A DNA stretch of 64,000 nucleotides from Candidatus Shapirobacteria bacterium (GCA_041661765.1 JBAZTV010000003.1:143914-207913), one strand, 5' to 3'; positions 1 to 10,309 are shown, counted from the stretch's first letter. The notes: a model not told the origin generated them from the sequence alone. Numbers and translations are program-made.

Positions 1-1
1 C

Positions 2-640
2 CAAAGAAATATTGAAATTAGTCAGACTCCATTCATCTAATTTCACCACTGCAAACCTCAATACATCAGGATGATCAATCGACAACATTCCCATATTCGC
101 TCCACGTCGCACTCCGCCTTGTTTAATCTGAGCCGTCACATCATTGTATGCCTGCATAAAACTAACCGGACCAACTGTTGTGCCACCACTTGATTTAATA
201 TAATCACCACTTGGCCTAAGTCTTGAAAAAGAAAAACCAGTTCCACCACCGCTCTTATGAATCAACGCCATATTTGACATGGTTTCTAAAATTGATTCCA
301 TTGAATCATCAATCGGCAACACAAAACAAGCCGATAATTGAGGGTGCAGTTTGCCTGCATTTATCAAACAAGGAGTATTTGGCAAAAATTTTTGCTCTGC
401 AAATAATTGATAAAAAATTCTAGCTTGGTTTTCTATTCCTTCATCATTAACTCCAAAAAATTTATCTCCCTTAGCCACATTAGTCGCCACTCTCCAAAAA
501 ATATCTTTAACCGTCTCAAGCGACTTGCCATCCTCGTCTTTTCTTGAGTACCTAGTTTCAGCAATATATGTCGCATTAGCTGAAAGCTTTGGTTCAATTA
601 ATTCACCACCATTAATATTTTGTCTTAATATATCTGTCAT
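2..640 (-). CDS. nrdJ: Class II (adenosylcobalamin-dependent) ribonucleotide reductase, N-terminal part; runs off the window
   Basis: Not in the ORF track. Manual translation from ATG at 640 gives MTDILRQN...ETRYSRKDEDG...FLPNTPCLINAG...QLSACFV...GGGTGFSFSRLRP...IKQGGVRRGANMG, all RNR motifs. Directly downstream of nrdR. Confidence 0.9.
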   Translation of the reverse strand, partial: MTDILRQNINGGELIEPKLSANATYIAETRYSRKDEDGKSLETVKDIFWRVATNVAKGDKFFGVNDEGIENQARIFYQLFAEQKFLPNTPCLINAGKLHPQLSACFVLPIDDSMESILETMSNMALIHKSGGGTGFSFSRLRPSGDYIKSSGGTTVGPVSFMQAYNDVTAQIKQGGVRRGANMGMLSIDHPDVLRFAVVKLDEWSLTNFNISL

Positions 641-644
641 TTTT

Positions 645-1088
645 TTATTTTTTAAAATTACTAATTAAATTTTTAAAGTCATTTATATCGTTTATATCTA
701 AATAAACTGTAGCAAATCGAATATACGCCATCGGATCTACATTTTTCAATTTTTCCAAAATTAAAACTCCAATTTCTTTTGAAGGAATTTCCACACTTGG
801 CCAATTTAATAATTTCATTTCAATTTCATCAATTAATTTATTTTTCTCTTCCTCACTCATCTTCCAACAAGCTTTATCTATACATTTTTCCAATTTTTCT
901 CTCGAATAATCTTCTCTTTTTCCTGATTTTTTAATTACTTTAAGATCAATACTTCCAACTCTTTCATAAGTAGTGAATCTTTTTTTACACTTCAAACACT
1001 CCCTTCTTCTTCTTGTCACTTTTCCTTCTCCTGCCTCTCTACTTTCCAATACATTGGATTCATCAAAACCACAATATGGACACAACAT
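645..1088 (-). CDS. nrdR: Transcriptional repressor NrdR
   Basis: CPYC...RRRRECLKC..RFTTYE zinc ribbon, ATP-cone, AYIRFATVY. Confidence 0.97.
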   Translation of the reverse strand: MLCPYCGFDESNVLESREAGEGKVTRRRRECLKCKKRFTTYERVGSIDLKVIKKSGKREDYSREKLEKCIDKACWKMSEEEKNKLIDEIEMKLLNWPSVEIPSKEIGVLILEKLKNVDPMAYIRFATVYLDINDINDFKNLISNFKK

Positions 1089-1116
1089 TTTTGTTATTTT
1101 TATTATAATTGATAAA

Positions 1117-1164
1117 ACACTATTTCTAGTGGCTGTTCACCATCATATCCACTACCACTGGTAT
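1117..1164. promoter_or_regulatory. Tandem NrdR boxes
   Basis: ACACTATTTCTAGTGG (1117-1132) fits acaCwAtATaTwGtgt. A weaker copy CCACTACCACTGGTAT starts 32 bp later, the typical spacing, upstream of nrdR-nrdJ. Confidence 0.75.
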
Positions 1165-1336
1165 CAGTCAATATATTAAAATATATCAAAAATGTAAATT
1201 GCAATTATTCCGCGGAAAACTATTCGTTTTAAACATGAGTTGTTTTTTTTAAAACCATTTAAAAAAAAACATATTTTTAGGTTAAAAGTGATGTAACTAA
1301 CTGTCTCGTTGATTTGAAAGAAAGGAAAGATGCACA

Positions 1337-1702
1337 TTGAAAATGTTATTTAAAGTTATTATCGTATCTATAGTATTAATTTCTGTTACAAGTACCCTTA
1401 CACCACCAGCCTATGCCCTCAATAATCAATGCAATACCAGATATTGTGTCAACACTCCATCTCCTTGCGATTTAGGCGGAGGAAAATGGGATGATCAAAA
1501 TTATGTACTTCTAGCATCTGATTATCTCAACCTCAAAGATCCTAGTCCTTATGTAACGAAAATTTATTACAAAGGGGAAAGATTGTATCTCAATTTTCAT
1601 GCCAAAAAAGATGGTAATTACATTTGGGGTATTTCAACAAAATGGGCATATATACATCCAGGGTGGAAAAACAACGATAATTGGGAAATCCGCTTCAAAT
1701 AA
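1337..1702 (+). CDS. Hypothetical secreted protein
   Basis: Signal peptide ending in AYA, three Cys, purine-rich SD-like AAAGGA upstream. Confidence 0.65.
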   Translation: MKMLFKVIIVSIVLISVTSTLTPPAYALNNQCNTRYCVNTPSPCDLGGGKWDDQNYVLLASDYLNLKDPSPYVTKIYYKGERLYLNFHAKKDGNYIWGISTKWAYIHPGWKNNDNWEIRFK

Positions 1703-1785
1703 CACACTAAATCAAATCAACGACCAAAACCGAGAGGGATATTATATATAATTATAATACTAATATCCCTCTCAACATTTATAAA

Positions 1786-2175
1786 ATGAAAAAAATAATA
1801 ATAAAAGTTAGCATTATTGCTATATTATTTATAGTCTTATTAAGACTTAGTTTTTTTATTAAAGATAAGCCTGAACAATTTTTTGATTTATCAGATTCTT
1901 CTGCAACTTACATAATTACTGCTGATGAAAATTATTATCAGTTACAACCCACAGATAAAAACAATAAATCAATGGTTATAATTGCTTCGTCACCAAAAAA
2001 CTTAAATGATTTTTTAAATAAAGAAGTTCATATTACTGGAAAATTTATTTTTGCCGATCCAAAAGATGTTTTATGTCCTCAAATTAATTGTCAAAGATTG
2101 AAAAGAATAGATTTTAATTTAAAAAAGATGTCTGCAATAAAAATGGAGGCTATTGAAATAACTGACATAAACTAA
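1786..2175 (+). CDS. Hypothetical membrane-anchored protein, possibly OB-fold-like
   Basis: N-terminal TM helix; LNDFLNKEVHITG. Confidence 0.65.
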   Translation: MKKIIIKVSIIAILFIVLLRLSFFIKDKPEQFFDLSDSSATYIITADENYYQLQPTDKNNKSMVIIASSPKNLNDFLNKEVHITGKFIFADPKDVLCPQINCQRLKRIDFNLKKMSAIKMEAIEITDIN

Positions 2176-2200
2176 AACCCAGCTTTGATATAATACACAC

Positions 2201-2473
2201 ATGCAAAAAATCATTAATTTTTTAAAAGAAGTGATGGTGATTTTTAAAACTATCACTTGGCCCAAAAAAGAGGCTTTAATTCAGATGACAATTGTGGTAA
2301 TATCAATCTCAATTGTAATCTCCCTAATTTTGGGAGGTTTTGATTATTTGTTTACTAAATCGATTGGTCTTTTAGGTAATTCAAAAACTACCACAAAAAC
2401 AACCGAACAATCGATTACACCAACAATGAATCCGCTTCCGACAGTCGCTTCTACTTCGGAAACATTCAAATAA
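2201..2473 (+). CDS. secE: Preprotein translocase subunit SecE
   Basis: FLKEV..FKTITWPKK + TM + D motif; upstream of nusG. Confidence 0.93.
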   Translation: MQKIINFLKEVMVIFKTITWPKKEALIQMTIVVISISIVISLILGGFDYLFTKSIGLLGNSKTTTKTTEQSITPTMNPLPTVASTSETFK

Positions 2474-2477
2474 AAAT

Positions 2478-3074
2478 ATGCCAAAAACTTCTGCAAAAAC
2501 TAACAAAAAAGAGTTTCTTTTCAAACTCTCTTCTCTCGAACCAAGCTTCGATGCCGCTTGGTATGTTGTCAATACCTATTCTGGTCATGAATACAAAGCC
2601 ATTGAGGCTCTAAAAATTAGAATTAAAACTATGGGATTGGAAGACCAAATTTTCCAAGCCATCGTCCCAATTCAAAGTAAAATGGTTATTCGTCGTGGTC
2701 AAAAAGTTAAAACTCAAGAAAAAACCTTTCCTGGTTATGTTTTAATTCAAATGGTTTTAAATGACGATTCTTGGATCACTGTCCGCACTACCCAAGGTGT
2801 TACTGGATTTATCGGCATTGAAAACACTCCATCTCCAATTTCTCAAAAAGAGGTAGACCAAATTCTTCAAACTACCGAAGAAGACAAACCAAAATATCAA
2901 GCTCCATTCGCTATTGGTGATGTTGTAAAAATTACTAATGGTCCATTCACTGACTTTATTGGTACCATTGAATCAATTGATCAAGAAAAAGGTAAAATTA
3001 GAGTTTTAATCTCTATTTTTGAGCGCGAAACACCAGTCGAACTCGACTTTTTACAAGTTAGTAAAGAATTATAA
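2478..3074 (+). CDS. nusG: Transcription termination/antitermination factor NusG
   Basis: WYVVNTYSGHE, FPGYVLI, KOW GDVVKITNGPF, FERETPVELDF. Confidence 0.98.
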   Translation: MPKTSAKTNKKEFLFKLSSLEPSFDAAWYVVNTYSGHEYKAIEALKIRIKTMGLEDQIFQAIVPIQSKMVIRRGQKVKTQEKTFPGYVLIQMVLNDDSWITVRTTQGVTGFIGIENTPSPISQKEVDQILQTTEEDKPKYQAPFAIGDVVKITNGPFTDFIGTIESIDQEKGKIRVLISIFERETPVELDFLQVSKEL

Positions 3075-3078
3075 AATT

Positions 3079-3504
3079 ATGGCTAAAAAAATAAAAACAA
3101 TTGTTAAACTTACTCTTCCTGCCGGCGGTGCTAATCCAGCCCCTCCAGTCGGTACCGCTCTTGGTCCTCACGGTATCAAGATTATGGATTTCTGTAACGA
3201 ATTTAATGAAAAAACCAAAGAAATGCGTGGCAGTGTCATCCCTTCAGTTATCACCATTTTTGAAGATCGTTCTTTCGAATTTATCATCAAAAAACCACCT
3301 GTTTCTGATATGATCAAAAAAATGACCGGTGTCGCTAAAGGTGCCGTCACTCCTGGTCGCGAAAAAGTCGCTAAATTAACCATGGCCCAAGTCGAAGAAA
3401 TCGCTAAAAATAAAATTGAAGATTTAAATACCAAAGATTTAGAAGCCGCCAAAAGATCAGTTATGGGCACCGCTAAATCCATGGGTGTCGAAATCATTCA
3501 ATAA
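3079..3504 (+). CDS. rplK: 50S ribosomal protein L11
   Basis: MAKK...AGGANPAPPVGTALG...GTAKSMG; true ATG at 3079. Confidence 0.98.
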   Translation: MAKKIKTIVKLTLPAGGANPAPPVGTALGPHGIKIMDFCNEFNEKTKEMRGSVIPSVITIFEDRSFEFIIKKPPVSDMIKKMTGVAKGAVTPGREKVAKLTMAQVEEIAKNKIEDLNTKDLEAAKRSVMGTAKSMGVEIIQ

Positions 3505-3584
3505 AATAAATTGCCCTGTCAAGGGAAATGTCACGAAGTGACAAAGGGTTTATTCCTTAAAAATTAATAATTAAATCAAACAAT

Positions 3585-4328
3585 ATGAGCAAAACCACTC
3601 AAGAAAACAAGGCTAAAAAAGCCAAAGAACAAATCAAAGTGGAAGAGATTGTCAAAACTGACGATACTCAAAACGCCGCTGAAGAAGTTGAAACTTCAGA
3701 AACTCCACAAGAAGTCGCCGCAACCGTTAAAGTTGCTAAAAAGCGATCTAAAAAATATTTAACCGCCAAGGCTAAAGTTGATATTAATAAATATTATGCT
3801 CTTGCCGAAGCTATCAAATTAGTCAAAGCCACTTCTCTTTCCAAATTTGAAGGTAAAATTGAAGCCCATGTCACTATTTTTGACATTGGTAATATTGGTG
3901 AAATTAATTTTCCCCATCTCGAAACCGCCAGTAAAAAAGTGGTTATTTTAAATGACACTATTTTAGCTGAAATTAAAGATGGCAAAATTAATTTTGACAT
4001 TTTAATCGCCACTCCAGCCACCATGCCAAAATTATTACCTTTAGCGAGGACTCTTGGTCCAAAAGGTTTAATGCCTAATCCCAAAAATGGCACTTTAACC
4101 GACAAACCAGAAGAATCTCTTAAAAAACTTTCCGTTGCTAAAACAACTTTAAAAACTGAAAAGAAAGCTCCTGTTCTTCACACCATTGTCGGTAAAATTT
4201 CTCAAAAAGATGAAGAAATTATTGCCAATGTTCAAGAACTCATTAAAGTTCTTAAGATCAATAAAATCAAAAAGTTTTCACTTTGTGCCACCATGGGCCC
4301 ATCGGTCAAAATCCTCATTGAAAAATAA
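3585..4328 (+). CDS. rplA: 50S ribosomal protein L1 (N-terminal extension, trimmed core)
   Basis: FDILIATP, LGPKGLMPNPKNGT, TMGPSVKI; follows rplK. Confidence 0.95.
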   Translation: MSKTTQENKAKKAKEQIKVEEIVKTDDTQNAAEEVETSETPQEVAATVKVAKKRSKKYLTAKAKVDINKYYALAEAIKLVKATSLSKFEGKIEAHVTIFDIGNIGEINFPHLETASKKVVILNDTILAEIKDGKINFDILIATPATMPKLLPLARTLGPKGLMPNPKNGTLTDKPEESLKKLSVAKTTLKTEKKAPVLHTIVGKISQKDEEIIANVQELIKVLKINKIKKFSLCATMGPSVKILIEK

Positions 4329-4340
4329 GCTGTATTTTTT

Positions 4341-4375
4341 GTAAGGGCAGACCGCGTGTCTGCCCTTCTTTTTTT
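4341..4375 (+). terminator. REP-like hairpin with T-run after rplA
   Basis: GTAAGGGCAGAC-CGCGT-GTCTGCCCTT followed by CTTTTTTT. Confidence 0.6.
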
Positions 4376-4390
4376 GATAGAATCATATAA

Positions 4391-5074
4391 ATGACATTTC
4401 TAAATATTTTTTATTTTTTTGTTCTCTACTCTTTTTTAGGTTGGATAGCTGAAACTACATTTGTTTCTATCAATCGTAAACAATTTGTTAATATGGGCTT
4501 TTTAGATGGACCTTTCAGTCCTATCTATGGAAGCGGAGCATTAGCCGTTATTTTATTCATCTTTCCTTTCCATCATAATTTTTTTATTTTTTTTATTATG
4601 TCCACAGTCATCGCTTCGATTATAGAATATATCACCAGTCTTTTTTTTGAAAAAGGTTTTAATATCGTTTGGTGGGATTATTCAGACAAACCATTTAATC
4701 TCAATGGTCGAATCTGTCTCCAATATTCTTTTTACTGGGGAATTTTATCAGCTCTAGTTTTAACCTTCGTCCACCCCCACATAGTCCCTTTCGTTAATCT
4801 TCTTTCCAACCATATTGGTTTAACTGGTGTTATTGTTTTTATGATTTATTTCATTATCGATGCCACCGACACTTTTAATGATCTTGTTCAATTTAAACAA
4901 ATTATTTCTCAAAAAATCAGCCAAAGTATCAAATTAAATAAAAAAATCACTCGTCTCATTAATTCTTTTCCTGACTTTAAATCCAAAATTAATAATGATT
5001 TTATTGTTCAACTAAAATTAAAAATAAAATCAAATTACCATCGACCTGATAAAATTCAACCCAAAGCCGACTGA
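4391..5074 (+). CDS. Putative ABC transporter permease (CmpB/DUF1361-like membrane protein)
   Basis: YSFLGWIAE, GFLDGPFSPIYG, WWDYS..PFNLNGRICL. Confidence 0.85.
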   Translation: MTFLNIFYFFVLYSFLGWIAETTFVSINRKQFVNMGFLDGPFSPIYGSGALAVILFIFPFHHNFFIFFIMSTVIASIIEYITSLFFEKGFNIVWWDYSDKPFNLNGRICLQYSFYWGILSALVLTFVHPHIVPFVNLLSNHIGLTGVIVFMIYFIIDATDTFNDLVQFKQIISQKISQSIKLNKKITRLINSFPDFKSKINNDFIVQLKLKIKSNYHRPDKIQPKAD

Positions 5075-5985
5075 ATTATTTTATCTAAAAGTTCAGAATA
5101 ATTTATTCCTGCTACTTTAGCCGCTTTTGGTAACAATGACTGTGCTGTCATTCCCGGAATAATATTAATTTCCAAAACATAAGCTTCGTCATTTTTAATA
5201 ATAAAATCTAACCTAGCCATTCCCTTACATTTTAATAATTTAAAAACCTTTTTTGATATTTCAAAAATTTTCTGGCTCAATTCGTCTGACACTCTTGCTG
5301 GCACAATTTCTTGACACAATTTCTCATTATATTTCGATTTATAATCAAAAAATTCATTTTTTGGACAAATCTCCACCAAAGGCAACGCTAATAATTCTCC
5401 ATTATCCTCAATTAAACTACAAGATACTTCTATTCCTTTTATGTATTCTTCAATTAAAATCTCTTGATCATACTTAAAGGCTAAATTTATGGCCTTCGTC
5501 AAATTTTCTTTCGATCTAACTATTGAAATTCCGATACTTGATCCTCCTAAAACCGGTTTAATCACCACTGGCCACCCTAATTTTTCCAAATCTTTTCCCC
5601 TCCTTTCGTCAAAGGAGGGGTTAGGGGTAGATTTCAAAAAAATTGCTTTAGGATTTTTTATCTCTTCTTTATTTACTAAAAATTTAAAAAACATTTTATT
5701 CATTCCTAAAATTGATGCCGCCGCTCCCGAACAAGTATATTTCTGCCCCATTGATTCCAATAAACTCTGAATCGTTCCATCTTCACCATATTTACCATGC
5801 AAAGCAATAAAAATTAAATCCGGTTTTATTTCATCTACCCAAGTGCAATCCCCATTAAAATCAACTGGAATTATTTCATATTTTTTCTTATCCAAATTCT
5901 TAACCACTTCATTTCCCGATATTAAAGACACTTCCCTCTCACTACTAATTCCACCCATTAACACCACCACTTTTAATTTTTTCAT
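5056..5985 (-). CDS. ddl: D-alanine--D-alanine ligase
   Basis: GGISSEREVSLISG, ALHGKYGEDG, FFDYKSKY, LEINIIPGMT. Confidence 0.97.
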   Translation of the reverse strand: MKKLKVVVLMGGISSEREVSLISGNEVVKNLDKKKYEIIPVDFNGDCTWVDEIKPDLIFIALHGKYGEDGTIQSLLESMGQKYTCSGAAASILGMNKMFFKFLVNKEEIKNPKAIFLKSTPNPSFDERRGKDLEKLGWPVVIKPVLGGSSIGISIVRSKENLTKAINLAFKYDQEILIEEYIKGIEVSCSLIEDNGELLALPLVEICPKNEFFDYKSKYNEKLCQEIVPARVSDELSQKIFEISKKVFKLLKCKGMARLDFIIKNDEAYVLEINIIPGMTAQSLLPKAAKVAGINYSELLDKIIQSALG

Positions 5986-6073
5986 ACCAAATTATATCAA
6001 ATACTAATTAAGTTGTAAACTCAAATATTATATCTAAATATTGACTTGTAAACTAAACATGCTAAAATTAATC

Positions 6074-7204
6074 ATGTCTGACTATCAAACCCTAAACGAA
6101 ATCGATATCGATTCATCTTATCTAATTAATAATTATAATTATTTCCAAAAAATTAATCCCAATTGTCACATTTGTCCTGTTTTAAAATCCAATGCTTATG
6201 GCCATGGACTACTTCAAGTCGCTCAAATTATTGATAAGCAATTAAAAAACACTCCATACATTATGGTCGACTCACTTTACGAAGCTTACGAACTCCACAA
6301 ACAAAATATAAAAACGCCAATTATGATAATGGGCTACACCGATCCTCAAAACTATCAAATTTGGAAAAAACTTCCTTTTACTTTTACTGTTTATGATATT
6401 GCCTCTCTCCAAGCCTTAGATAAATATCAAACTAACGCCAAAATTCATATTAAATTAGACACTGGTATGTGTCGCCTCGGTATTCAAAAAAAAGATGTTG
6501 CTGAATTTATTACTACTCTTAAAAAATATCCTCACCTTAAAATTGAAGGCATTTATTCTCATCTCTCTCAAGCCAATGATCCTAAAAAAATAACTTTCAC
6601 CAATCATCAAATAAAACTTTTTAAGGAAATGGTTTCTCTTTTTGAAAAAGCCGGTTTCCATTTTAAATACAAACACATTTCTGCCACTGCCGGCGCTTCT
6701 ATCATCCAAGATCCTTATTTTAATCTAATTCGTTTAGGATTAGGGTTTTATGGGTATTCCCCTTTTGGCACTCACACAAAAGAAGCCAGAACTCAAAAAT
6801 TATTTTTAAAACCGGCTCTAAATTTTACTTCCCGTTTAGCCCTTATCAAACAAATTGGAAGCGGCTCTCAAGTTAGTTACGGAGACAATTACACCGCCAA
6901 ACAAGACGAACTCATTGGTATTATCACTGCTGGCTATTACGAAGGTATCCCTTATGGTCTAAGCAATCGCGCCTCTTTTCTACTTCAAAACACCAAATGC
7001 TCTATTATTGGCAATATCAACATGAATATGACCATTATTAAAATTCCGAGAACTATAAATGCTAAAATTGGTGACAAAATTACTATTATTTCATCAAATA
7101 TTGAAGATTCCTGCTCTGCTTACAAATTATGCTCTACACTAAATATCCCCATTTATGTTCTTATTTGTTCACTACATTCATCAATTAGACGAAAAATTAT
7201 ATGA
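6074..7204 (+). CDS. alr: Alanine racemase
   Basis: VLKSNAYGHG, HIKLDTGMCRLG, GIYSHL, VSYG; ATG 6074 chosen because TAAAAT lies just upstream. Confidence 0.96.
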   Translation: MSDYQTLNEIDIDSSYLINNYNYFQKINPNCHICPVLKSNAYGHGLLQVAQIIDKQLKNTPYIMVDSLYEAYELHKQNIKTPIMIMGYTDPQNYQIWKKLPFTFTVYDIASLQALDKYQTNAKIHIKLDTGMCRLGIQKKDVAEFITTLKKYPHLKIEGIYSHLSQANDPKKITFTNHQIKLFKEMVSLFEKAGFHFKYKHISATAGASIIQDPYFNLIRLGLGFYGYSPFGTHTKEARTQKLFLKPALNFTSRLALIKQIGSGSQVSYGDNYTAKQDELIGIITAGYYEGIPYGLSNRASFLLQNTKCSIIGNINMNMTIIKIPRTINAKIGDKITIISSNIEDSCSAYKLCSTLNIPIYVLICSLHSSIRRKII

Positions 7205-8415
7205 AAAAAAATATTTCCAATCTCGTTTTAAATTATCTTAAATTTTTTGCCCGACTTCAACTTTCCAAAGTTAGATTTATCCAAAAATTAAAAAGAAAAC
7301 AGTTGGATATTGTCGGCATCACTGGCTCTGCTGGTAAAAGTTCTACTCTTTTTGCCTGTCAAACTATTCTTTCTTCTCACTTCAAAGTGAAAACAAACGA
7401 TGGCTATAATTCTGAATCTGGATTACCTTTAAGTATTATTGGTCTTAAAATCACTGATTATAATCTTCTTTCCTGGTTAAAAATAATTATTCTTTGCCCA
7501 ATTAAATTATTAATTAATTGGCAATCTTACGATATCTTAATTCTGGAAATGGGTGTTGACTCCCCCACTTGGCCCAAAAACATGGATTATCTTTTATCTA
7601 TAGTTCAACCCAACATCGCAATTTTTCTTAATGTCAGTTCTGTCCATATGATGAATTTCAAAAATCTTGATCAAATTGCCCAAGAAAAAGCAAAATTGGT
7701 CAATTCCGCCAAAACAGCCATCATTAATAACCAAGACAAATTAGTCAAAAAATACACTCAAAATAAAAATATTATTAATCTTGTTCCCACTAAAATTAAA
7801 TTTGACCAATTTTATCTTCCCGATATTTATCAAATCAGTTTTGGTGCCGCCCTCAGCCTAACCAGAATTTTTAACATCAACTACAACCAAGCTGTCAAAA
7901 ATCTTCAAACAAATTTTGTTCTGCCCCCATCCCGTTCTTCAATTTTAGACGGCATTAAAAATACAACTATTATCGACAGTTCTTACAATTCCTCCCCTAT
8001 TGCTTGTATTGAACTTTTAAAATTTTTAACCACTTTCAAAACCAAAAAAATTGCTGTTCTTGGCGATATGAGAGAACTCGGTAATTCTAGTAAGGAAGAA
8101 CATCAAAAAATTTACGATTTAGCCACTAAATCGGCTGATTTAATTATCAGTGTCGGACCAGAAACAAAAAAATATTTTATTAGTAGAGACGTTGCGCGCA
8201 ACGTCTCTACATTTAATTTTGATAATTGGTGGACAGCTGCCGAATTTTTAAAAGAACAAATTAAAGGTGATGAAACCATTTTAGTCAAAGGCTCTCAAAA
8301 CACCATTTTTCTTGAAGAATTAGTCAAATCAATTTTAAAAAATCCATCCGATTCTAAAAAACTCTGCCGCCAATCTCCCTATTGGCTAAAAGTCAAAGCC
8401 AAATTTAAGCTCTAA
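7201..8415 (+). CDS. murF: UDP-MurNAc-tripeptide--D-Ala-D-Ala ligase (MurF-like)
   Basis: GITGSAGKSS, LEMG, DSSYNSSP, VLGDMRELG, VKGSQ. Confidence 0.9.
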   Translation: MKKNISNLVLNYLKFFARLQLSKVRFIQKLKRKQLDIVGITGSAGKSSTLFACQTILSSHFKVKTNDGYNSESGLPLSIIGLKITDYNLLSWLKIIILCPIKLLINWQSYDILILEMGVDSPTWPKNMDYLLSIVQPNIAIFLNVSSVHMMNFKNLDQIAQEKAKLVNSAKTAIINNQDKLVKKYTQNKNIINLVPTKIKFDQFYLPDIYQISFGAALSLTRIFNINYNQAVKNLQTNFVLPPSRSSILDGIKNTTIIDSSYNSSPIACIELLKFLTTFKTKKIAVLGDMRELGNSSKEEHQKIYDLATKSADLIISVGPETKKYFISRDVARNVSTFNFDNWWTAAEFLKEQIKGDETILVKGSQNTIFLEELVKSILKNPSDSKKLCRQSPYWLKVKAKFKL

Positions 8416-8980
8416 ATTCCTTATCCTTTTTCATCTCATGCTCAATCAAGTTTCTCAAAAACACCGACCTTGGTTGCATTCTTTTTTGAGCCACCCAATC
8501 TAAATAATTCAATATTTTTGGATTAACAAAAAAATTAAATCTCACATCAATCAAACTATCTGCCTTTTTTAAAGCTCCTTCTATTATTTGTTCTACATTT
8601 TCACCATCATATTCCGACATTATCAATTTTGGATCATCAATACCCTTAATAAATACCGGCATATGCTCCTTTTTATACAATGCAATTACTGGTTTATTCA
8701 TTTCCAAAGCTTTACTTATTAGATATCCCATCGACATACTATGTCCCGAAACTTCCATTATCACAATATCTGCCTTTTTAACTGAATCAAGCGATTGAAT
8801 ATAATTTTCCCTTTTTATTTTTTGCGGTACTCCGCGCATATCCTTCACCCCTGTTTTTATCCACTTCATCACCTTGTCACTAAGCATCTTTCCTTCAGCC
8901 GACAAACAAGCATACATTTTTGAATACAATTTTGGATCAATATCCACCAATCTAGCAGATGCTACAAAATATAATTTCAT
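8405..8980 (-). CDS. Nucleoside-deoxyribosyltransferase-like domain fused to a C-terminal ribbon-helix-helix
   Basis: KLYFVAS...ADIVIMEVSGHSMSMGY...KPVIALY; C-terminal VRFNFFV..KILNYLDWVA...RSVFLRNLI. Confidence 0.65.
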   Translation of the reverse strand: MKLYFVASARLVDIDPKLYSKMYACLSAEGKMLSDKVMKWIKTGVKDMRGVPQKIKRENYIQSLDSVKKADIVIMEVSGHSMSMGYLISKALEMNKPVIALYKKEHMPVFIKGIDDPKLIMSEYDGENVEQIIEGALKKADSLIDVRFNFFVNPKILNYLDWVAQKRMQPRSVFLRNLIEHEMKKDKEFRA

Positions 8981-8984
8981 AAAT

Positions 8985-10097
8985 TTATCCAAGTATATCA
9001 AATTTTTCTTTAAAAAATCTTACATCTTGTTCCATTGTTTTATCCCAATCTTGTTTAAAATTATGATCATTTTTCTCTTTAATATCCAAAATCACATTCT
9101 TTCCTAATTCTTTTAATTTAATTTGCAGTTCCTGTTGCCATTCAACTTTACACCACACATCCGCTGTTCCCTGATGAATCAAAATCGGCGCTCCAACCCA
9201 ATTATAAAAATTATCAATTGAATAAAGTTTACTGTCATATTCTTTTTCAAATTCATCAATCCTATTTTTTACAATTTTCCCCGATTCACTATTTTCATCC
9301 ATTGTATCCAAAACACTGTTCGGAAATGGATTGGTCATCGGCGCCCACAACACCGTCGGATAATTTTGTCCAGTAATTTCCAAAATTGAAATTGCAATCT
9401 GCCCACCATTACTATGTGCCCAAATTCCAATTTTAGTCGGATCCACAAAATCTAATTTTTTAACTGACTCAATTAAATCCAAAACACTCACCGGTTTTTC
9501 AAATCTTGCTTCTAAAATATCCTTCGACTCTCCATCAGATAAACCAAATCCCAAAAAATCCAAACTGACTGTTACAAAACCATTTCTGGCCAATTCATCC
9601 GCCGCCCGCCAACTTCCCGAACCAATATAATATCCATCACTATCAGCAAAACCTCTAATCATAATAATCACTGACGGTTTTTTACACGGTTTGTCCAACT
9701 GGCAGACCTGCCTGCCGGCAGGCAGGTTCATCATTCCACTTATTTTTTTTCCATTACTTTCAAAACTAATTGCCCTGCTTTCAAAATCAAAAATTTTTCC
9801 TTTCAAGTCACCTCTCTTTACTAATTCTTTTCTTGCTTCAACTACTGTCAAAACCTGACCTATTGTTTTAATCTCTGATGCTTTATTTATCCTTGTTTTT
9901 AAATTTTCAAAATTATATTGTGCCAAATAACCAGTGTTTTTTGGTTTTTCTTCTTGTAGAGACGCCCCACGGGGCGTCTCTACAGCTTCCGTTTTTAATT
10001 TCTGTTTTGTAAAATCTACCAAAAACCATCCATCCGCCCAACCCCAAAAAACTAAAACTATTACCACCCAAAAAATAATAATTAAACTTTTTTTCAT
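8985..10097 (-). CDS. Membrane-anchored alpha/beta hydrolase (peptidase S9-like)
   Basis: DFLGFGLSDG, WAHSNGG nucleophile elbow, HQGTAD, NDHNF. Confidence 0.9.
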   Translation of the reverse strand: MKKSLIIIFWVVIVLVFWGWADGWFLVDFTKQKLKTEAVETPRGASLQEEKPKNTGYLAQYNFENLKTRINKASEIKTIGQVLTVVEARKELVKRGDLKGKIFDFESRAISFESNGKKISGMMNLPAGRQVCQLDKPCKKPSVIIMIRGFADSDGYYIGSGSWRAADELARNGFVTVSLDFLGFGLSDGESKDILEARFEKPVSVLDLIESVKKLDFVDPTKIGIWAHSNGGQIAISILEITGQNYPTVLWAPMTNPFPNSVLDTMDENSESGKIVKNRIDEFEKEYDSKLYSIDNFYNWVGAPILIHQGTADVWCKVEWQQELQIKLKELGKNVILDIKEKNDHNFKQDWDKTMEQDVRFFKEKFDILG

Positions 10098-10309
10098 CTT
10101 ATTATTCTTATATTATAACCAACCAATATTTAAAATTGACAAACTCAAAAATCTGACTAAAATACCTCTTATCTAAATGTAACGAAACATTCGCGTTCCG
10201 TTTATGTACTTTTAAAACCAAAATCAGTAGAGCAAATGCTCAGCTTGGACATAAAAATTGTGTCTAAACCGAGCATTTGCTCAAATAAATATAAGAGGGG
10301 TTTTGACAA

